Assembly: GCA_964035575.1 (NCBI GenBank)
Contig: OZ037845.1
Span: 1,550,001 to 1,614,000 of the forward strand
Length of the DNA stretch: 64,000 nucleotides
Direction: 5' to 3'
Origin: Rhynchopus sp. YZ270_cl-10
Lineage: Eukaryota
Below, in pieces: positions 1-12,971 of the stretch. The notes beneath the pieces were generated by a model that ran no database searches, had not been told where the DNA came from, and worked only from the letters and a program-made list of their open reading frames with translations. Position 1 is the first letter of the stretch. Each line of letters starts with the position of its first letter. Both the position numbers and the translations under genes were made by a program.

Positions 1-266
1 TATACCAAAATAGGATCTTGACCCTGACTACAGCGAGGCGGGACGTGCAATGACCTCACTTCTTTCTTTCTTCACCTGCTCTAAGCCCCGGCCTTTTACA
101 CAGTCAAAATATCATGAAAACAAAAAGAATTTGTCTTCGTGTGTTTTTGTACTCATTGTACTCAATGAAATAACTTTCACAGAAAAAGCTTTTTTTCTTT
201 ATTGTATCCTACTTTTTTTAGCCCCTGCTCCTTCTTCAGTTTATTTATTTTTTTGTAAATCAAGAT

Positions 267-896
267 CAGGGTGTTTCCTAATTTGCTTCCGCTTCCGGGG
301 ATTTGGAAAAAACTGGCCGGGTAAAAAAATTGCGGGGAAAAATTAGGGACGTGTGTAAAGTGCTTATTTTTTGGTATTTTCCCGAAAAAAGTATGTTCGC
401 TGTTCTGGATCGCTCCAATCATTCAAATAAAGCAGTTTTCGGGAATTTTTATTTCACCAATGTTGGGCACCGTGCGCCTGCGGCGCTGCCTGTTCCTACC
501 AGTTTCTACAGGCAAACACTTGGCCCCCTTTACCTTTCACTGACGGGTTTAGACCAAAACCAAGAACTTGTCCATTTCGGCAAATTGACCCCACCACACA
601 GCGGGCGGATTCCGAAAATGCAAATGCCGGTGTTTTCGGGCATTTTCATGTTTTCAGGATCAGGGAGAGAAAATCTGGGTTGTGGTATTTACCTTGCCCT
701 CTTTACGTTACACTCATTTTGACCAAAACCAAGAACTTGGCCATTTCGGCAAAGTGACCCCACCAGCGCGGACGGATTCCGGAAATGCCAATCGCGGCAT
801 GTTTTGGGGCTGAAAACCCACTTTTTTTCCAGGGAAATTTTTTGCTTCCGGATGTCGGAATTTTCTGGAAAATTTCCAGAATTAGGAAACAGCCTG
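267..896. mobile_element. Non-autonomous hAT-like element (MITE)
   Basis: TIR CAGGGTGTTTCCTAATT (267) / AATTAGGAAACAGCCTG (896); 8-bp TSD atcaagat (259-266) / atcaaggt (897-904); no transposase ORF. Confidence 0.8.
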
Positions 897-1115
897 ATCA
901 AGGTACTTGACAATAGGAAATAGAAACGACGGAAGGTGCGTGCCCGCCAGCTTGTGTTTTCTCACTCATTATTTTTTCTATCTCATACAACACACACTTC
1001 AGCGAAAAAACACATCAAGCTTTCGGAGCGATAACGAAAAAGTTGTTTTTTATTGTTTTCTTTTTATTCAGAACCTGAAGTTAGTTTCTATTTTGAACAA
1101 CAAGGTTATTTTGAC
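897..1115 (+). repeat. Dispersed host repeat; inverted copy at ~8030-8246
   Basis: ~200 bp near-identical reverse-complement copy; both ORF tracks read TIGNRNDGRCVPASLCFLTHYFF. Confidence 0.85.
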
Positions 1116-1872
1116 TTTCCCCCCCTTTTTATTTTCTTTTCTTTTTTTGAAAGCACTGAAAGTTTCCTTACAACCATTGCGAAAGAGTAAGCCGAATACG
1201 TTACAATTCGTACATCACTTTGGTTCAGGATCTAAAGAGCAAACAACACAAACACAAAACAAAGAGTGCAACACATAAACAAAACAACATTTACAAACGC
1301 CCCGAGGCCTTTTACACATTCAAAAAAAAAAAATTCTCACGTGACCTCTTTAACCCACCCTATCCCCCCAAACTTTTGATGATGCAACTTTTGTGTATAC
1401 CACAGCACTCGAATGCATAAACAACAAATAAAAGCGACTTTCCGGGGTTGAGGACGACCTCCGTCTATATCTTTGAAGTACAATAGCCTTCGGGCGACAT
1501 TGAGTACAGATCCTGCACTAGCAGGTGATTGTCGACACAACAACAAAATATCATTTCTGTAAAGCAAGGCTTCTGTTCACTATTATACAGACCTCACCTG
1601 ACGTTGGCACAACAAAAAAAAAAAGGTTTCCCCCCTCCCTGCGTCTCTCTTATCCAGGAATCTATAGTTCAAGATTGGAGATCGGGTCAGATTGTTTACG
1701 TGCAAAATTTTCAGCACCACTGGCCAAGGGAACATTGTATCCCACTCTTTTTTACCCTCAGGCCAAGACCCATCACCCCCCCCCCCCCCAAACTCGGTTT
1801 TGGGGTGCCAATTCTGCCTTTCCCCTTTTCATCCCATATACCACAGGCGGAAACGCAAAAGACATACACGAA

Positions 1873-3603
1873 ATGGTGGGCTACGATAGTTTTATGACGA
1901 TGGCGGAGTTTGAAGGGATGGTTCATGACCCGCAGACGATATTGGATCGTGCGGGGCAGTATTTGAATTATTTGGAGCAGCAGCAGCAGGCGCTGGAGGA
2001 GGAGAGCAAGCAGCAGCAGGGGCTGCGGGCGGAGAGTGGGAAGATCAACTACACACCGGAGCAGCATGCGTCGCTTGTTGAGCACAGTGCGGAGCTTGAG
2101 CTGGACCATCGTGATCTGTCACAAAAATACGTTGACCTGGAGCACATCAACAACACCATCCAGGGTGTCGTTGATGCCCTGCGTGCTGACAAACAGCGTC
2201 TCCTCGATGAGCTTGCAGTTCTCAAAGAGGAGCAAGGCAAGCAGGTCGCAGGCCACACCCGGCTCCTCTCCACCCAAGCAGAGCTGGAAGAGCTCCGTGA
2301 AGGCAAAGGTGCCTCTCTTGTAGCACACAACGACGAAATCAACCAAAAGATCCGCGAACTCCAAGAATACTCCGACAAAGTGATCGAAGGTACCGGGCGG
2401 GTCATCGAGCTTCAGGATCATACAGAGAAGGTGGGGTCCGGGAGGCTGGCGTTGGAGAGTGAGACAACAGCATTGGAGCAGAGCACGCAACAGCAGGAGC
2501 GTACCATCGCGTATCTGCAGCAAGAGCTGATGTTCATGGACAACGAGATCAAGAAGAAGGCGGACGAAACCGTCGCACTGAAGAAGCAGATGTCGTCGAC
2601 GATCCTCGAGCTGCAGCTGCAGATCACAAAGAATGAGGAGGAGATGTCGCGCATCCGCACCACTGTCGCAAACGAGAAGGACCTCACAGGCAGGCAAAAC
2701 GTCTGGCTTGCTAAGGACCTCCAGGCAAAGAACCAAGAACTGCTCCTCGCACGCCAGCAGATGACCACTGAGAACTCCGACCTCAAGCACGAGTTGGTAT
2801 GTAACCCTGACTTCCCGTTTTTTTCTTTTCCAGATGCAAACCACGAAATGGTAGGACTGCATGGTTGGGGCCCACCCCCTCATACCAACACTGTCACGAA
2901 TGGGCTGTTGTATTTCAAGCCAATTTTTCTCTGGTTTCGCTCACTTTTCGTAGCTTTTGCGTCCGTTTTTGAAATCAATCCCATCAACACCTCACAGTGT
3001 CTCCTCCGCGAGAAAGCCGCACGCATGAAGTCGAACGTCTATGTGATGGAGCGACGCAACGAGCTTCTCCACGACGACCTGCAGCGCCTAGAGGCACAGG
3101 ACCAGTTCATGAAGGTACAGCCCATATGCTATTCCATCTATCCCATCCATAGAGCGGCCCTCAGGTGGCAAACGGAAGACAAAAAGGAGGATTCCATCCT
3201 TTGCGTTGTGTTCCCATATGAGCAATGAGAACTCATTCACCGTTTTTTCCCCTACCTGGACAATATTCCGTGGAACCCCCCAAAAAACCTCCGATTCCAA
3301 ACTGAATATTACCAATGGGTGATATTCCCAATATTTCCCGGGTTTGCGGATACCCTATATTTATCGAAAAAAATTACTACAAAAAAACTACAGGATTCGT
3401 ACCTGCAGCGCAAGGACGACGCATTCAAGGAGATGAACGAGCAGGCAGCAGTGGTGGCCAAGATCACCATGGAGCTGCAGACCTCACGCGAGGACCTCTT
3501 CATGCTCAAGACAAAGCTCTGCAGGAACTGCAAGGAGGCCATCCTCGGCTCAGAACAGCCCGACATCAACCCCCCAGGCAGCATTCCCTCAGTCACAAAG
3601 TAG
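1873..3603 (+). CDS. Coiled-coil protein, 3 exons (1873-2796, 2998-3114, 3394-3603)
   Basis: GC-rich coding bias, E/Q/L/K heptad-rich; introns GTATGT..CACAG (2797-2997) and GTACAG..TACAG (3115-3393) join in frame. Confidence 0.75.
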
Positions 3604-4004
3604 GGGAGGTGAACAACCCTGCTAAGCGTCTGTACGTATCCGACGTCACATTTGAGCAGTAACCACCTGGGGCATTGTTGATATTAAAAAACACCCCACA
3701 CACCGACAGGTGATTTTATCCTAGAAACGCCTTTTCCCGCCACATTTTTTTGTGGCAATAGAATAGAGATACCCAATAGAATAACCCACCCCCTTTTCCC
3801 CCTTTTCCCCCTTTTATAACTCCCTTCACTTCATCGGATGGCGCTTTTTGTTCCAACAGAGAAATTCGTTTCTGGATGATTTTACCCCTGATGGCACCGT
3901 ACTTCTCCTTCTTCCTCTTCCTATCTATTTCCCCCAAAAATCCAAAACATCACAGTAAGAACACCCCCCCAACCTTCCCCCAGGTTGGTTTTTCTTTTTG
4001 CACA

Positions 4005-6285
4005 ATGACCGCTGCGGCGATGTGGGTGGGGGGTGCGTTTCTGTCTGCGACGACAGCGACGATTGACTCGTTTGACATGACGAGCGGTGCGAACGACATT
4101 GTTGTCGTGCGCGACGACGACGGGTTTATGCAGTCGTCTGCTTTCAACGTACGCTTCGGCAAGGCTAAGGTCATACGCCGCTCTGATAAATACGTTTACC
4201 TAGAAGTCAACGGCAAACGCGTACAAGGCGCACTCCTCAAGCTGGGCCCCTCCGGGGAAGCCTTCTGGGTCACCCCCGCGACACGTGGAGTGCCTGCAGA
4301 GGCACGATGCTCCCCGATCACCTCCCCTCGATCTCCCCCTGACACCTCGCCTGCTGGCTCCCAAGGCAGTTCGCCTGACTCCACAGGACAGGATGTCTCC
4401 TTTGAGCTAGGTCGTGGTGTCGCATCCGACGCAACAAAACAAAAGGAACACGTGGACCCTGCACAGGACCTCATGGAGGAGGATATGATGGGCGACGCAG
4501 AGGCAGATGATATGCTCGCAGAAAGCAGTGAAATCCTCAAACAACTAAAAGAACGTCTTCACCTCGAAAGCGCGCAGCAAGAAGCCGAGGTCTCCGGGGC
4601 AATCCCTGTCATGGCGGGGGCACCGTCCAACGACGACGACGACCTGCCAGAGGACCATGAACTCCGCCTGGCACGTTCCGCAGAAGGTCCAGGCAAGGCC
4701 GGCATGGAGAAGCTGCAGTCTCTTATGGCGGAAGGTGCAACAGGAGGGTCGCTGCCAGATGCGGTAGAGGGGGCGACGATGCCGCCTGCGGATCTGAAGA
4801 TCAGCATGTGGAAGAGGGTGCACGACAGGGAGACCGGGAAGGACGTCTTCTGGAATATGCGCACCAATGAGTGTACTGACATCCCGCCGCCGGACTACGA
4901 GAGCGACGACGAGAGTGCTGCTGCCTTTGGCGAGGCGCCAGCGCTGAGCAGCGACGAAGAGGACCAGATGGATGACGAGAACATCTGCGCCAAGACGCTC
5001 TTCCCAACAAAGGAGCAGCTTGCGAAGCTCGACCTGAAGCCCGGCGAGAACGAGATGACCTTCGTTGTCTACACCACCCTGCGTGGACGCCAATCTGTCA
5101 CATGCAGCTGTTTCCTCTGGGAAGCAAACGCGCAGGTCGTCGTCAGCGACGTCGACGGCACCGTCACACGCAGCGACGTTCTTGGACACATCCTCCCAAA
5201 GGTCGGCAAGGACTGGGCACATAGCGGGATCTGCTCCCTCTACAACCGTATCGTTGACAATGGGTATGCCACATAACACACCACTGGGCTACACTCCTTT
5301 CAACCCTCCCCCACTCTAAATCTTACCAACACAACACCACCACAGATACAACCTTATCTACCTCTCCTCCCGAAGCATCTCGCAGATCCAGTCAACGCGA
5401 GAGTACCTCGACAGCGTGGTGCAGGACGACAAGCGCCTTCCGAGGGGGCCGCTTCTTGTTGCACCTGACCGCATCTTCGCGGCGTTCACACGCGAGGTCG
5501 TGAAGCGCACACCCCACGAGTTCAAGATGCGCATGCTGCACTCCGTCAAGACAGCCTACCCTGAAGCATCTGACCCCTTCTACGCAGGCTTCGGCAACCG
5601 CGTCAACGACGCCTGGGCATACACCAGCGTCGGTATCAAAGACCACAAAATCTTTTTGATTGACCCAAACAGTTTGATCCACGTTTTCGACAAACGCGTT
5701 AAATTCCGTGCCTATGGATCGTTGGACCAGCTGGCGGATCAGGCCTTCCCAGCACGCAATGTCAAAAAGAAGATTGTGCCGACGGAGTTCAATTCTTTCA
5801 ACTTTTGGTGTCTGAGCCCCTCTATGGGGGTCGACGACGACGACGACACGAACGAAGCTGAGGCGACCACAACCGGACCTACCACCGAGGCGCGCAGTGG
5901 CAACTCCCCACCTCCTTCCTCCCGACCAGGGCTTGCTGCTGCGTGGGGCTCCCCTCCAAGCGTTCCGCCTGCAGAACGGTCACCTCTATCTCCCCCACGC
6001 TCTCCTGTTCTCGAAGGCGCAATTTCCCCCAGCGCCAAAGACAAAAAGTCCGACGCCTCCCCAGGAGGCTACGGTGCCTACCTCTCCTCCCTCTTTGGAA
6101 AGAAGACGAAGGAAGACGGAGGTGGCAGCCCTGAAGAAGAGCCACTCCCCATAGCCGCGAGAGACCTTGAAGAAGGAGCACCCGAAACAGAGGGCACACC
6201 CGCAAAAGGGGACGTCCAAAAGACAGAAGAAGGAACCTCAAATCAGGGCACTCCAACAGCTGAGGTGGGTGAGAAGACGCCGTAA
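4005..6285 (+). CDS. LPIN: Lipin / phosphatidate phosphatase (PAH1-like), 2 exons (4005-5263, 5346-6285)
   Basis: N-LIP (SGANDIVVV..FNVRFGK), HAD motif SDVDGTVTRSDVLGH, LIYLSSR, FYAGFGNR; intron 5264-5345 GTATGC..CACAG restores frame. Confidence 0.93.
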
Positions 6286-8029
6286 AAAATGGGGGATTTT
6301 TTTTTTTTTTTTGAAAGGTCGGTTTCATACCATAAACCTTAAATGGTCGTTCTGTCTTAATGGACATAGAGAGAGAGGCAGAAAAGGGGTGAAAAGCCTT
6401 TCAATCTTTTTTTAAAAAATGGAGAGGAAGTTAAATTCCATATATTTGGTGCTAAATATATCGTAGTCATTTTTAATGGATAAACCAACTAAAAAATCTC
6501 CTTTGTTGGGGAGAAAAACATACAACGAACGAAAAAAGGAGGAGGAGGAAACAATCTATTGATTGGCCATCCCTATTGAGCCAGGTGTTTTTTTTTTAGC
6601 AAAGGGAGGGAACGCAAACGATGAGATAGAAAAAGGATTGCGCAGTTTGAGAAAATTTTTTTTTTTGTTTCCGACTGCAGCTCCTGTTTTATTGTGTCTA
6701 CAAAAATGTGAGAATTTTTTTTTGTTTTTTTTTTAGCCATTTTCGTGTTTTTTTTTGTTCCAAACGAAGCATTAGTAGGTTCGTGTACAGTGATTAACCT
6801 GGTATCTCATATTCCTCTCCCAGGGGGGGTGAGTGTCGGTGCGCATCTCTGCCGAGATTTCTTAAGGTGACTAAGCACGAGGACTTGTGGTACAGATGTA
6901 CCACCCTACAAAAACTTTTGAATATGCATATTTACAAAAAAACAAAAACAAAACAAAAAGGATCCAAAAATACAACAAAAAAGATTGATGAATAACCAAT
7001 GTTCAAAACATTAAGTAATCTAATCAGACTAAGCACGAGAGGCTTGGGATCATCTTATAAACTTTTCTTTCTTTTTTATGGATGACGTGTGTTTTGAAGG
7101 CAGGTGTGGCTAGGTTCCTCTGACCGGAACATTTTCCAGGTGTGGTTATGTGTGAATGCAATGTACGGTTCCCAAAGTATACTAGCCTTTTTTTCCAGGA
7201 TGGAAGCCAACGTCTTTATGTTTTTTTGTGAGTACCAAAATAAATGGGTGAAGAGGTTAACCTCAGTGAGTCTGTTTTGTTCTCAATATTGGGGTTTAGC
7301 ATAGCTAGCTGTTTTTTTCCCCACAATATATTGGAAATGATGCAAGAAAAAGGTAGTACAGTTTGTATTGCAAGGTTGAGGGGGTAAGGGGGTAATCATC
7401 TGACACGCCTGCAACACCATAGGGTTAAGGTGTAGTTGGTATTCACTTTTTTTTGTGGAAAGTTGTTACGATACGGCCTCCGGGTACTAGATCGGCAGGG
7501 AAAAAAAACACGAAAAATAAAAATAAAAATATAAGTAAAAAGAGGGGTGAGGTTTCGAAGCACAGAGAAAGCGTGGTCCCAACAAAAAAAAAAAAACCAT
7601 GGCAGAGATAACAAAACGGGTGTAGTGTCATTAGTACAACCCGAGATGCCCTTTTTTTTTTTTTTGTATCAGGTGCATCGGTCATGTACCAAGGTACACG
7701 GTTACGAGAGGGCTTTGCATTGCAAGTCTCACTTCTTTTGGTGACTAAGCACAACGAGGTGGGTGTGGCACGTGGAAGAGAGAGGGGCAAAGCATTGTTT
7801 GTTGTATTGTTTCAAAAGGGAAAAATAAACGACAAAATACCCCCACCCTCTCAAAGCACCACCCTGTCCATCACTCTTAAAAGCCCCTCTTTGCTCCCTC
7901 ACTTCCAAAGCAAAAAAAAATGAAAAAACAAAAAACTCCCCGCAAATAATACCCGATGCAATAGTCTTTCCTATCATTTCTTTTTGTTTTTTCTCTTCAA
8001 CTTTGTTTTTTTTTTTCTCAATTTGAGTG

Positions 8030-8246
8030 AAGAAAACGTTGTGAGAAAAAATAGAAACTAACTTTCGGTTCTGAATAAAAAGAAAACAATGAAAAACAAC
8101 TTTTCGTTTATCGCTCCGCAAGCTTGTTGTGTTTTTTCGCTGAAGTGTGTGTTGTATGAGAGAGAAAAAATAATGAGTGAGAAAACACAAGCTGGCGGGC
8201 ACGCACCTTCCGTCGTTTCTATTTCCTATTGTCAAGTACCTTGATT
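8030..8246 (-). repeat. Dispersed host repeat, inverted copy of 897-1115
   Basis: Reverse-complement identity to 897-1115. Confidence 0.85.
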
Positions 8247-8927
8247 CAAGCATGTCCTTAAATCCGGGAAAAATCAGGATTTTTCTGATTTTTAAATCTC
8301 AAAATTTTCTTATAGAAAAAAAAATTTTCGCGCTGCGCGCGAAAATTTTTCGCGCACAACAGGAGAAGATATTTTTTGTTGTTGTAGGCCCGCAGTGCGG
8401 GGTGGTCACATTTTTCTCCCCCCACCACAGTGCCTTATCCAAGAATCAGATTTCAATATTTTTGGGGTCAGTTTGTGTTTCCCCCAAGATGTTTTTCAGT
8501 TCTGACCAGCGAAGACATTGGGGACATAGGGAACTGTATTTTATTTTCCTTTTGCGGAGCAAAAGGAATAACACAAAATGGCGCCGCAGGCGAAAAAATA
8601 ATAGGGTACGGTGTAAAATGTAGCTTTTTACACTACAGAGTCAGTCAACGACCCCTTTTTTGCGGAGCAAAAAAGTAATAAATAATGGCGCCGCAGGCAA
8701 AAAAAATTGGGGGACAGCCTGGGATTTCACGGTGCGGTCAGTAACTCAGTTACCCAGGGCACTCCCGTGGTTCAACCACTGTTCTACCAGGAAATTATTC
8801 CGACCTCCCTAAAAAAGACACTGCCAAATTCCATATGAAAATTTTCTCACCGGCAAATATAAAATTTTCTTATAAAATTTTCTTATAGAAAATCCTGAAT
8901 CCTAAATCCGATTTAGAGGACAGCATG
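8247..8927. mobile_element. Non-autonomous hAT-like element
   Basis: Imperfect TIR CAAGCATGTCCTTAAATCCGG / CCGATTTAGAGGACAGCATG; perfect 8-bp TSD ccttgatt (8239-8246, 8928-8935). Confidence 0.8.
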
Positions 8928-9873
8928 CCTTGATTTACAAAAAAAATTTAAAATGTGATGTTTTGTGAAAAAAACAACCCTTTTTGTTTGTTGTACGGTG
9001 CTAAGAAAACCCTCTTCTTCCTCTAGATCATGTATCTTGCGATATAAAAAATACCCGCAGATGTTGCACAAAAAAAACCCTAAGAAATAGAAATGTATTT
9101 CTACTTTATGTTCTCCGGTGGGGCAAAGACTAAGATGTATTTTGGGATTTCAATAAAAAAAAAACTCTGAGGGTTTTTACCCTCCCACCGGATGTTTGTT
9201 GTGTTACTGTACGTGAGAGCCCCAATATAGTAATCGTTCCACATTTTTTTTTTTTTTGTTTGTGAAAGCTTGGTTGTGATGGGTGCAGAGACCCCCATAG
9301 AGCTTCACTACAATCCGGGGAGGGTTCGATGAAACCCGCGGAGATTTTTGTACCCTGCGTCCGCCGATTGCACGGTGAGAACGTTTTATGCACTTTTCAA
9401 CTTCTCCTATCTCTTTTCTTTAGTCAAACACCCCCTCCCCCCCAAAAAAAAAAACACAGTGGAGAAAGATCACACAATATGGTGATGAGTACATTCGTCG
9501 TCGATTTCCCCCCCAAAAATGTGATTTTAATTTTTGTCAGTTGGTGTTACCGTACACCTGTCGAGGACTTGTCAAGGACATGTCAAGGACCTGTCAAAAT
9601 AGGGGGGGTGTGTCATTTTATAATTTGGTTTACAGTGGGTTTTTTCCCCACAGTACTGTACTGTGTACTGTGTACTTCAGATAGTTTTGGACACACATGT
9701 GACCCCACCGTGGAGAGCAATCGGCTCGCGCAATCAAAAGAAAGCAGAGAAAAGGGAAAAGAAAAAAGAAAAAAGAAAAAAGTTGGGTACCGTGCGCCTG
9801 CGGCGCTACCTGTTCCCTACCCCCCCATGATGTACGTATGTATATTCCACCTGATTTTGACCATGTTTGCCGG

Positions 9874-10069
9874 TGTGTACTGTGTACTGTGTACTGTGTA
9901 CTGTGTACTGTGTACTGTGTACTGTGTACTGTGTACTGTGTACTGTGTACTGTGTACTGTGTACTGTGTACTGTGTACTGTGTACTGTGTACTGTGTACT
10001 GTGTACTGTGTACTGTGTACTGTGTACTGTGTACTGTGTACTGTGTACTGTGTACTGTGTACTGTGTAC
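9874..10069. repeat. Microsatellite (TGTGTAC)x28
   Basis: Perfect 7-bp tandem repeat. Confidence 0.98.
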
Positions 10070-10310
10070 TGTTGCGCTCGGATCCTGTCCTGCGTCCGCC
10101 TGTTGCTGGCCAGCGTCACCACTCAATCAAAGTGTTCCTTCGTTACAGAATCGTACGTCGCATCGCTGCTGATGTGACAGGTGAGCTATTGGCCACGTAC
10201 CGCCCCACGTAGGCTTATGATGTCCTCGACCATTCCTCCCAAACCCTTCCTCAACTGATACAGGGACGGCTGGATATTTTTTGTGTCCCACACTTCATGC
10301 ACAACGATAT

Positions 10311-10950
10311 TATGGTACTATGGTACTATGGTACTATGGTACTATGGTACTATGGTACTATGGTACTATGGTACTATGGTACTATGGTACTATGGTACTA
10401 TGGTACTATGGTACTATGGTACTATGGTACTATGGTACTATGGTACTATGGTACTATGGTACTATGGTACTATGGTACTATGGTACTATGGTACTATGGT
10501 ACTATGGTACTATGGTACTATGGTACTATGGTACTATGGTACTATGGTACTATGGTACTATGGTACTATGGTACTATGGTACTATGGTACTATGGTACTA
10601 TGGTACTATGGTACTATGGTACTATGGTACTATGGTACTATGGTACTATGGTACTATGGTACTATGGTACTATGGTACTATGGTACTATGGTACTATGGT
10701 ACTATGGTACTATGGTACTATGGTACTATGGTACTATGGTACTATGGTACTATGGTACTATGGTACTATGGTACTATGGTACTATGGTACTATGGTACTA
10801 TGGTACTATGGTACTATGGTACTATGGTACTATGGTACTATGGTACTATGGTACTATGGTACTATGGTACTATGGTACTATGGTACTATGGTACTATGGT
10901 ACTATGGTACTATGGTACTATGGTACTATGGTACTATGGTACTATGGTAC
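10311..10950. repeat. Microsatellite (TATGGTAC)x80
   Basis: Perfect 8-bp tandem repeat. Confidence 0.98.
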
Positions 10951-11781
10951 TACCTATGATGCCTACATAGCCCAGAAGATGGCCATTTCCAGACTTCGGG
11001 CGGTTTTGAGCACTGCCCCTTCCTTAGTGGGTGATTTTCCCGGGCAAAAAAAAAACCCCACTATAAAGCAAATTATAAAATGACACCCCCCACTGTCGGG
11101 GACATGTCAAGGACATGTCAAGGACCTGTCAATATGGGCCCTTTCGGTAACACCATCAGTGCAAAAAAAAAAAATATCTCTGAAAAGCGTGTAGATGTCA
11201 AATTCCCATTTTTCCCTCTCAAAAGAGAAAAAAAAAAATAGGTGTTAGACCAGAACTTCTAAATCTGTCTTGCCGCTCACTGCTATTGCTAGCGTTAGTT
11301 TTCGTTTCGGTCAACTGCATCCCTCTTAGCCCAATAAGCGTTAACTCATTGGGTGGAATCTGAGTGGAATTTTTCGGACAGGTCCGCTCTCTGTGAAGGG
11401 GTGTCGTCTGTAAGTAGCCCAGCCTTTTTACCAATATAGTCGTCCATTTTTTTTTTTTTGGCACTCAAGAAAAAGGCGTCAAATTACCAAAACAAATTAC
11501 CAAATCCTCCAAACTTATTTGGACGGCTAGTTTTTTTTTTTTTTGGATGACTGTAGGTCAGAAGAACCTCTCTCGGTGGGTGCTTTTTTTGTCGATACAG
11601 CAATTGAGAGAAACACAACAGCACACCCCCTTCCTGAGGTTTGTGCAAAAAAACAAACTGTTATGTCAACTTTTCCCTTCAAATTGCACAGTGCTAAAAA
11701 AAAGCCCCCAGAGCCTAGCCACCATAACCCTTGCGTTCCGTCTGTGTTTCTTCGTTGTGGAAAAAAAACCCCCCCCCCCCT

Positions 11782-12971
11782 TAGGTGGGGGCAAAACCCC
11801 TATTTTTTTGAGGCATTTTGACTTTTTTGGACTTCCGCGCAAAGTACGTACAAACCACCCCTCATACCCACCCAGAAATGGGTCAGAAACACCCTGTGAC
11901 CCGAAAATCCATGCTAAGGGCGACTCAGAATATGAAAAAATGCAAAAAAATAGTGAAAAAGTGGCCTTTTGACGGTTTTGGCCATGTTGGGTAAAATGGC
12001 CATTTTTGGACAAAAAAATCAAAAAAACAGCAAAATTTCGACGTCATGACAGCTGCTTGGGCACAAACCTACCCCAGGGAGGTCCTGTGAGTCCATTCCG
12101 ACCTGTTTTGGACACTTTAGGTACTTTTTTTGGCCGTTTTTTGGTGTTTTTAGGTCAAAAAATACCCTGGACTTTACCCTGGACGTCCCTGGGCCGCGAC
12201 TTGCGCCCTGCTTTTGGACCCACTCTGGGCCAAAAAATGGGTGAAAACCCCCGAAAAAGCACTCCGGGAACCCAGATAGTTCCAAATATCCACCAGAAAC
12301 CCACCCAAACACCTCAAAAACATGCCAGAAAAATATTTTTAAAAACACACTTTTTCAAATAAGTCATTATGGAACCTGCCCAGATGAACTTTTTGAAAAA
12401 AGTGTGTTTTTGAAAATATTTTTCTGGCATGTTTTTGAGGTGTTTGGGTGGGTTTCTGGTGGATATTTGGAACTATCTGGGTTCCCGGAGTGCTTTTTCG
12501 GGGGTTTTCACCCATTTTTTGGCCCAGAGTGGGTCCAAAAGCAGGGCGCAAGTCGCGGCCCAGGGACGTCCAGGGTAAAGTCCAGGGTATTTTTTGACCT
12601 AAAAACACCAAAAAACGGCCAAAAAAAGTACCTAAAGTGTCCAAAACAGGTCGGAATGGACTCACAGGACCTCCCTGGGGTAGGTTTGTGCCCAAGCAGC
12701 TGTCATGACGTCGAAATTTTGCTGTTTTTTTGATTTTTTTGTCCAAAAATGGCCATTTTACCCAACATGGCCAAAACCGTCAAAAGGCCACTTTTTCACT
12801 ATTTTTTTGCATTTTTTCATATTCTGAGTCGCCCTTAGCATGGATTTTCGGGTCACAGGGTGTTTCTGACCCATTTCTGGGTGGGTATGAGGGGTGGTTT
12901 GTGGGTACTTTGCGCGGAAGTCCAAAAAAGTCAAAATGCCTCACCCGTCCTGAAGGTTTTGCCCCCACCTA
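11782..12971. mobile_element. Fold-back element: ~550-bp near-perfect inverted arms plus outer TIR
   Basis: Arms 11809-~12359 and ~12392-12943 are reverse complements (mirrored ORFs in the track); outer TIR TAGGTGGGGGCAAAACC / GGTTTTGCCCCCACCTA; inserted in a poly-C tract. Confidence 0.88.

Larger units (their letters stand above)
9542..11155. mobile_element. TGGTG..CACCA element with 5-bp TSD carrying two microsatellites
   Basis: TIR TGGTGTTACCG / CGGTAACACCA; TSD tcagt (9537-9541, 11156-11160); subterminal (tgtcaaggaca)n blocks at both ends. Confidence 0.85.

Noticed and set aside
10311..10950. Possible telomeric repeat or CRISPR array
   Set aside because: No spacers or cas genes; not TTAGGG-like; internal and TE-bounded.
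9806..11083. ORFs with VYCVLCT, YYGTMVLW or TVHSTQY repeats
   Set aside because: Translations of stop-free microsatellites inside a mobile element; no coding signal.
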